From a virus: DNA of 64,000 nt. The notes beneath the pieces are model-generated. The model did no database searches and was not told the origin of the DNA. It saw nothing but the letters and a program-made list of their open reading frames with translations. This document shows, piece by piece, positions 63,593-64,000 of this stretch. Both the position numbers and the translations under genes were made by a program. How positions within the stretch are numbered: the first letter of the stretch is position 1; every line of letters starts with the position of its first letter. Where the stretch lies: positions 26,566 to 90,565 of the IMG/VR virus record IMGVR_UViG_3300005842_000485, one strand, 5' to 3'.

Positions 63593-64000
63593 ATGAGTAT
63601 CGCATCGCGGTTGAAGGACGTGCGCAAAGGCGCAGGACTCAGCGAAAAGGAGCTGGCGCGGCTCTCCGGCGTCCATGAAAAAACGATCAGTTCCTACGAG
63701 TCTGGTCGGCGTATCGGACGCATGAAGATTGAGCACTTGGTGAAGATGCTTGCCGTGATCGGCATGTCGCTGCCGGTGTTCTTCATGAGCGTGGACGAGG
63801 AGCGGGAGACGGTAGCGATGAATGCGGAAGACGGCCCTGCATTCCGGTTCTTTGACCGGTTCATGGCGCTCCCGGAAGACACGCAGCGCGCGCTCCTTCC
63901 GGCGTTTCATTTGCTGACCGACATCGTGGAGTCCCGTGACGCGCGGCGCGCGGTCGCCGATCCGCTGACGGCGGTGAAATCGCTCGCGCGCGTGGGGTAG
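63593..64000 (+). CDS. XRE-family HTH transcriptional regulator
   Basis: RLKDVRKGAGLSEKELARLSGV...TISSYESG; SD GAAAGGAG. Confidence 0.9.
   Translation: MSIASRLKDVRKGAGLSEKELARLSGVHEKTISSYESGRRIGRMKIEHLVKMLAVIGMSLPVFFMSVDEERETVAMNAEDGPAFRFFDRFMALPEDTQRALLPAFHLLTDIVESRDARRAVADPLTAVKSLARVG

Overview
Most of the window (~5.3-58 kb) is a minus-strand siphovirus-like (pro)phage. It carries terS, terL, portal, MuF-like, ClpP-like protease, scaffold, major capsid, head-tail genes, tail tube, a frameshifted tail chaperone, tape measure, Dit/Tal-like and fibre genes, plus blocks of small early genes and anti-defence-type genes (ArdC-like, macrodomain-repeat protein, DarB-like methylase-helicase, DNA methylase). 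I recognised no integrase, replicase or endolysin. The right end holds a replication-relaxation protein, a VirD4-like ATPase, RadC and an HTH regulator. The left end holds an S24-like ORF, an MTase-REase fusion and an S1/P1 nuclease. Two gene populations are interleaved: phage-backbone genes with C-rich, Shine-Dalgarno-less leaders (several contain the anti-SD sequence TCACCTCC), and SD-led cargo cassettes placed at operon boundaries. The strongest candidate for an undescribed system is a dispersed family of four small membrane proteins (3710-3991, 47744-48160, 50189-50491, 50812-51048). Each lies behind a 200-350 nt multi-hairpin non-coding leader that sequesters its ribosome-binding site, as in type I toxin mRNAs. 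Two repeated promoter classes were found by eye: early promoters with tandem DnaA-like boxes, and late TTGACCG-N17-(-10) promoters. terL has no canonical start codon upstream of its Walker A motif. All product calls come from motif recognition and gene context; no database search was run.
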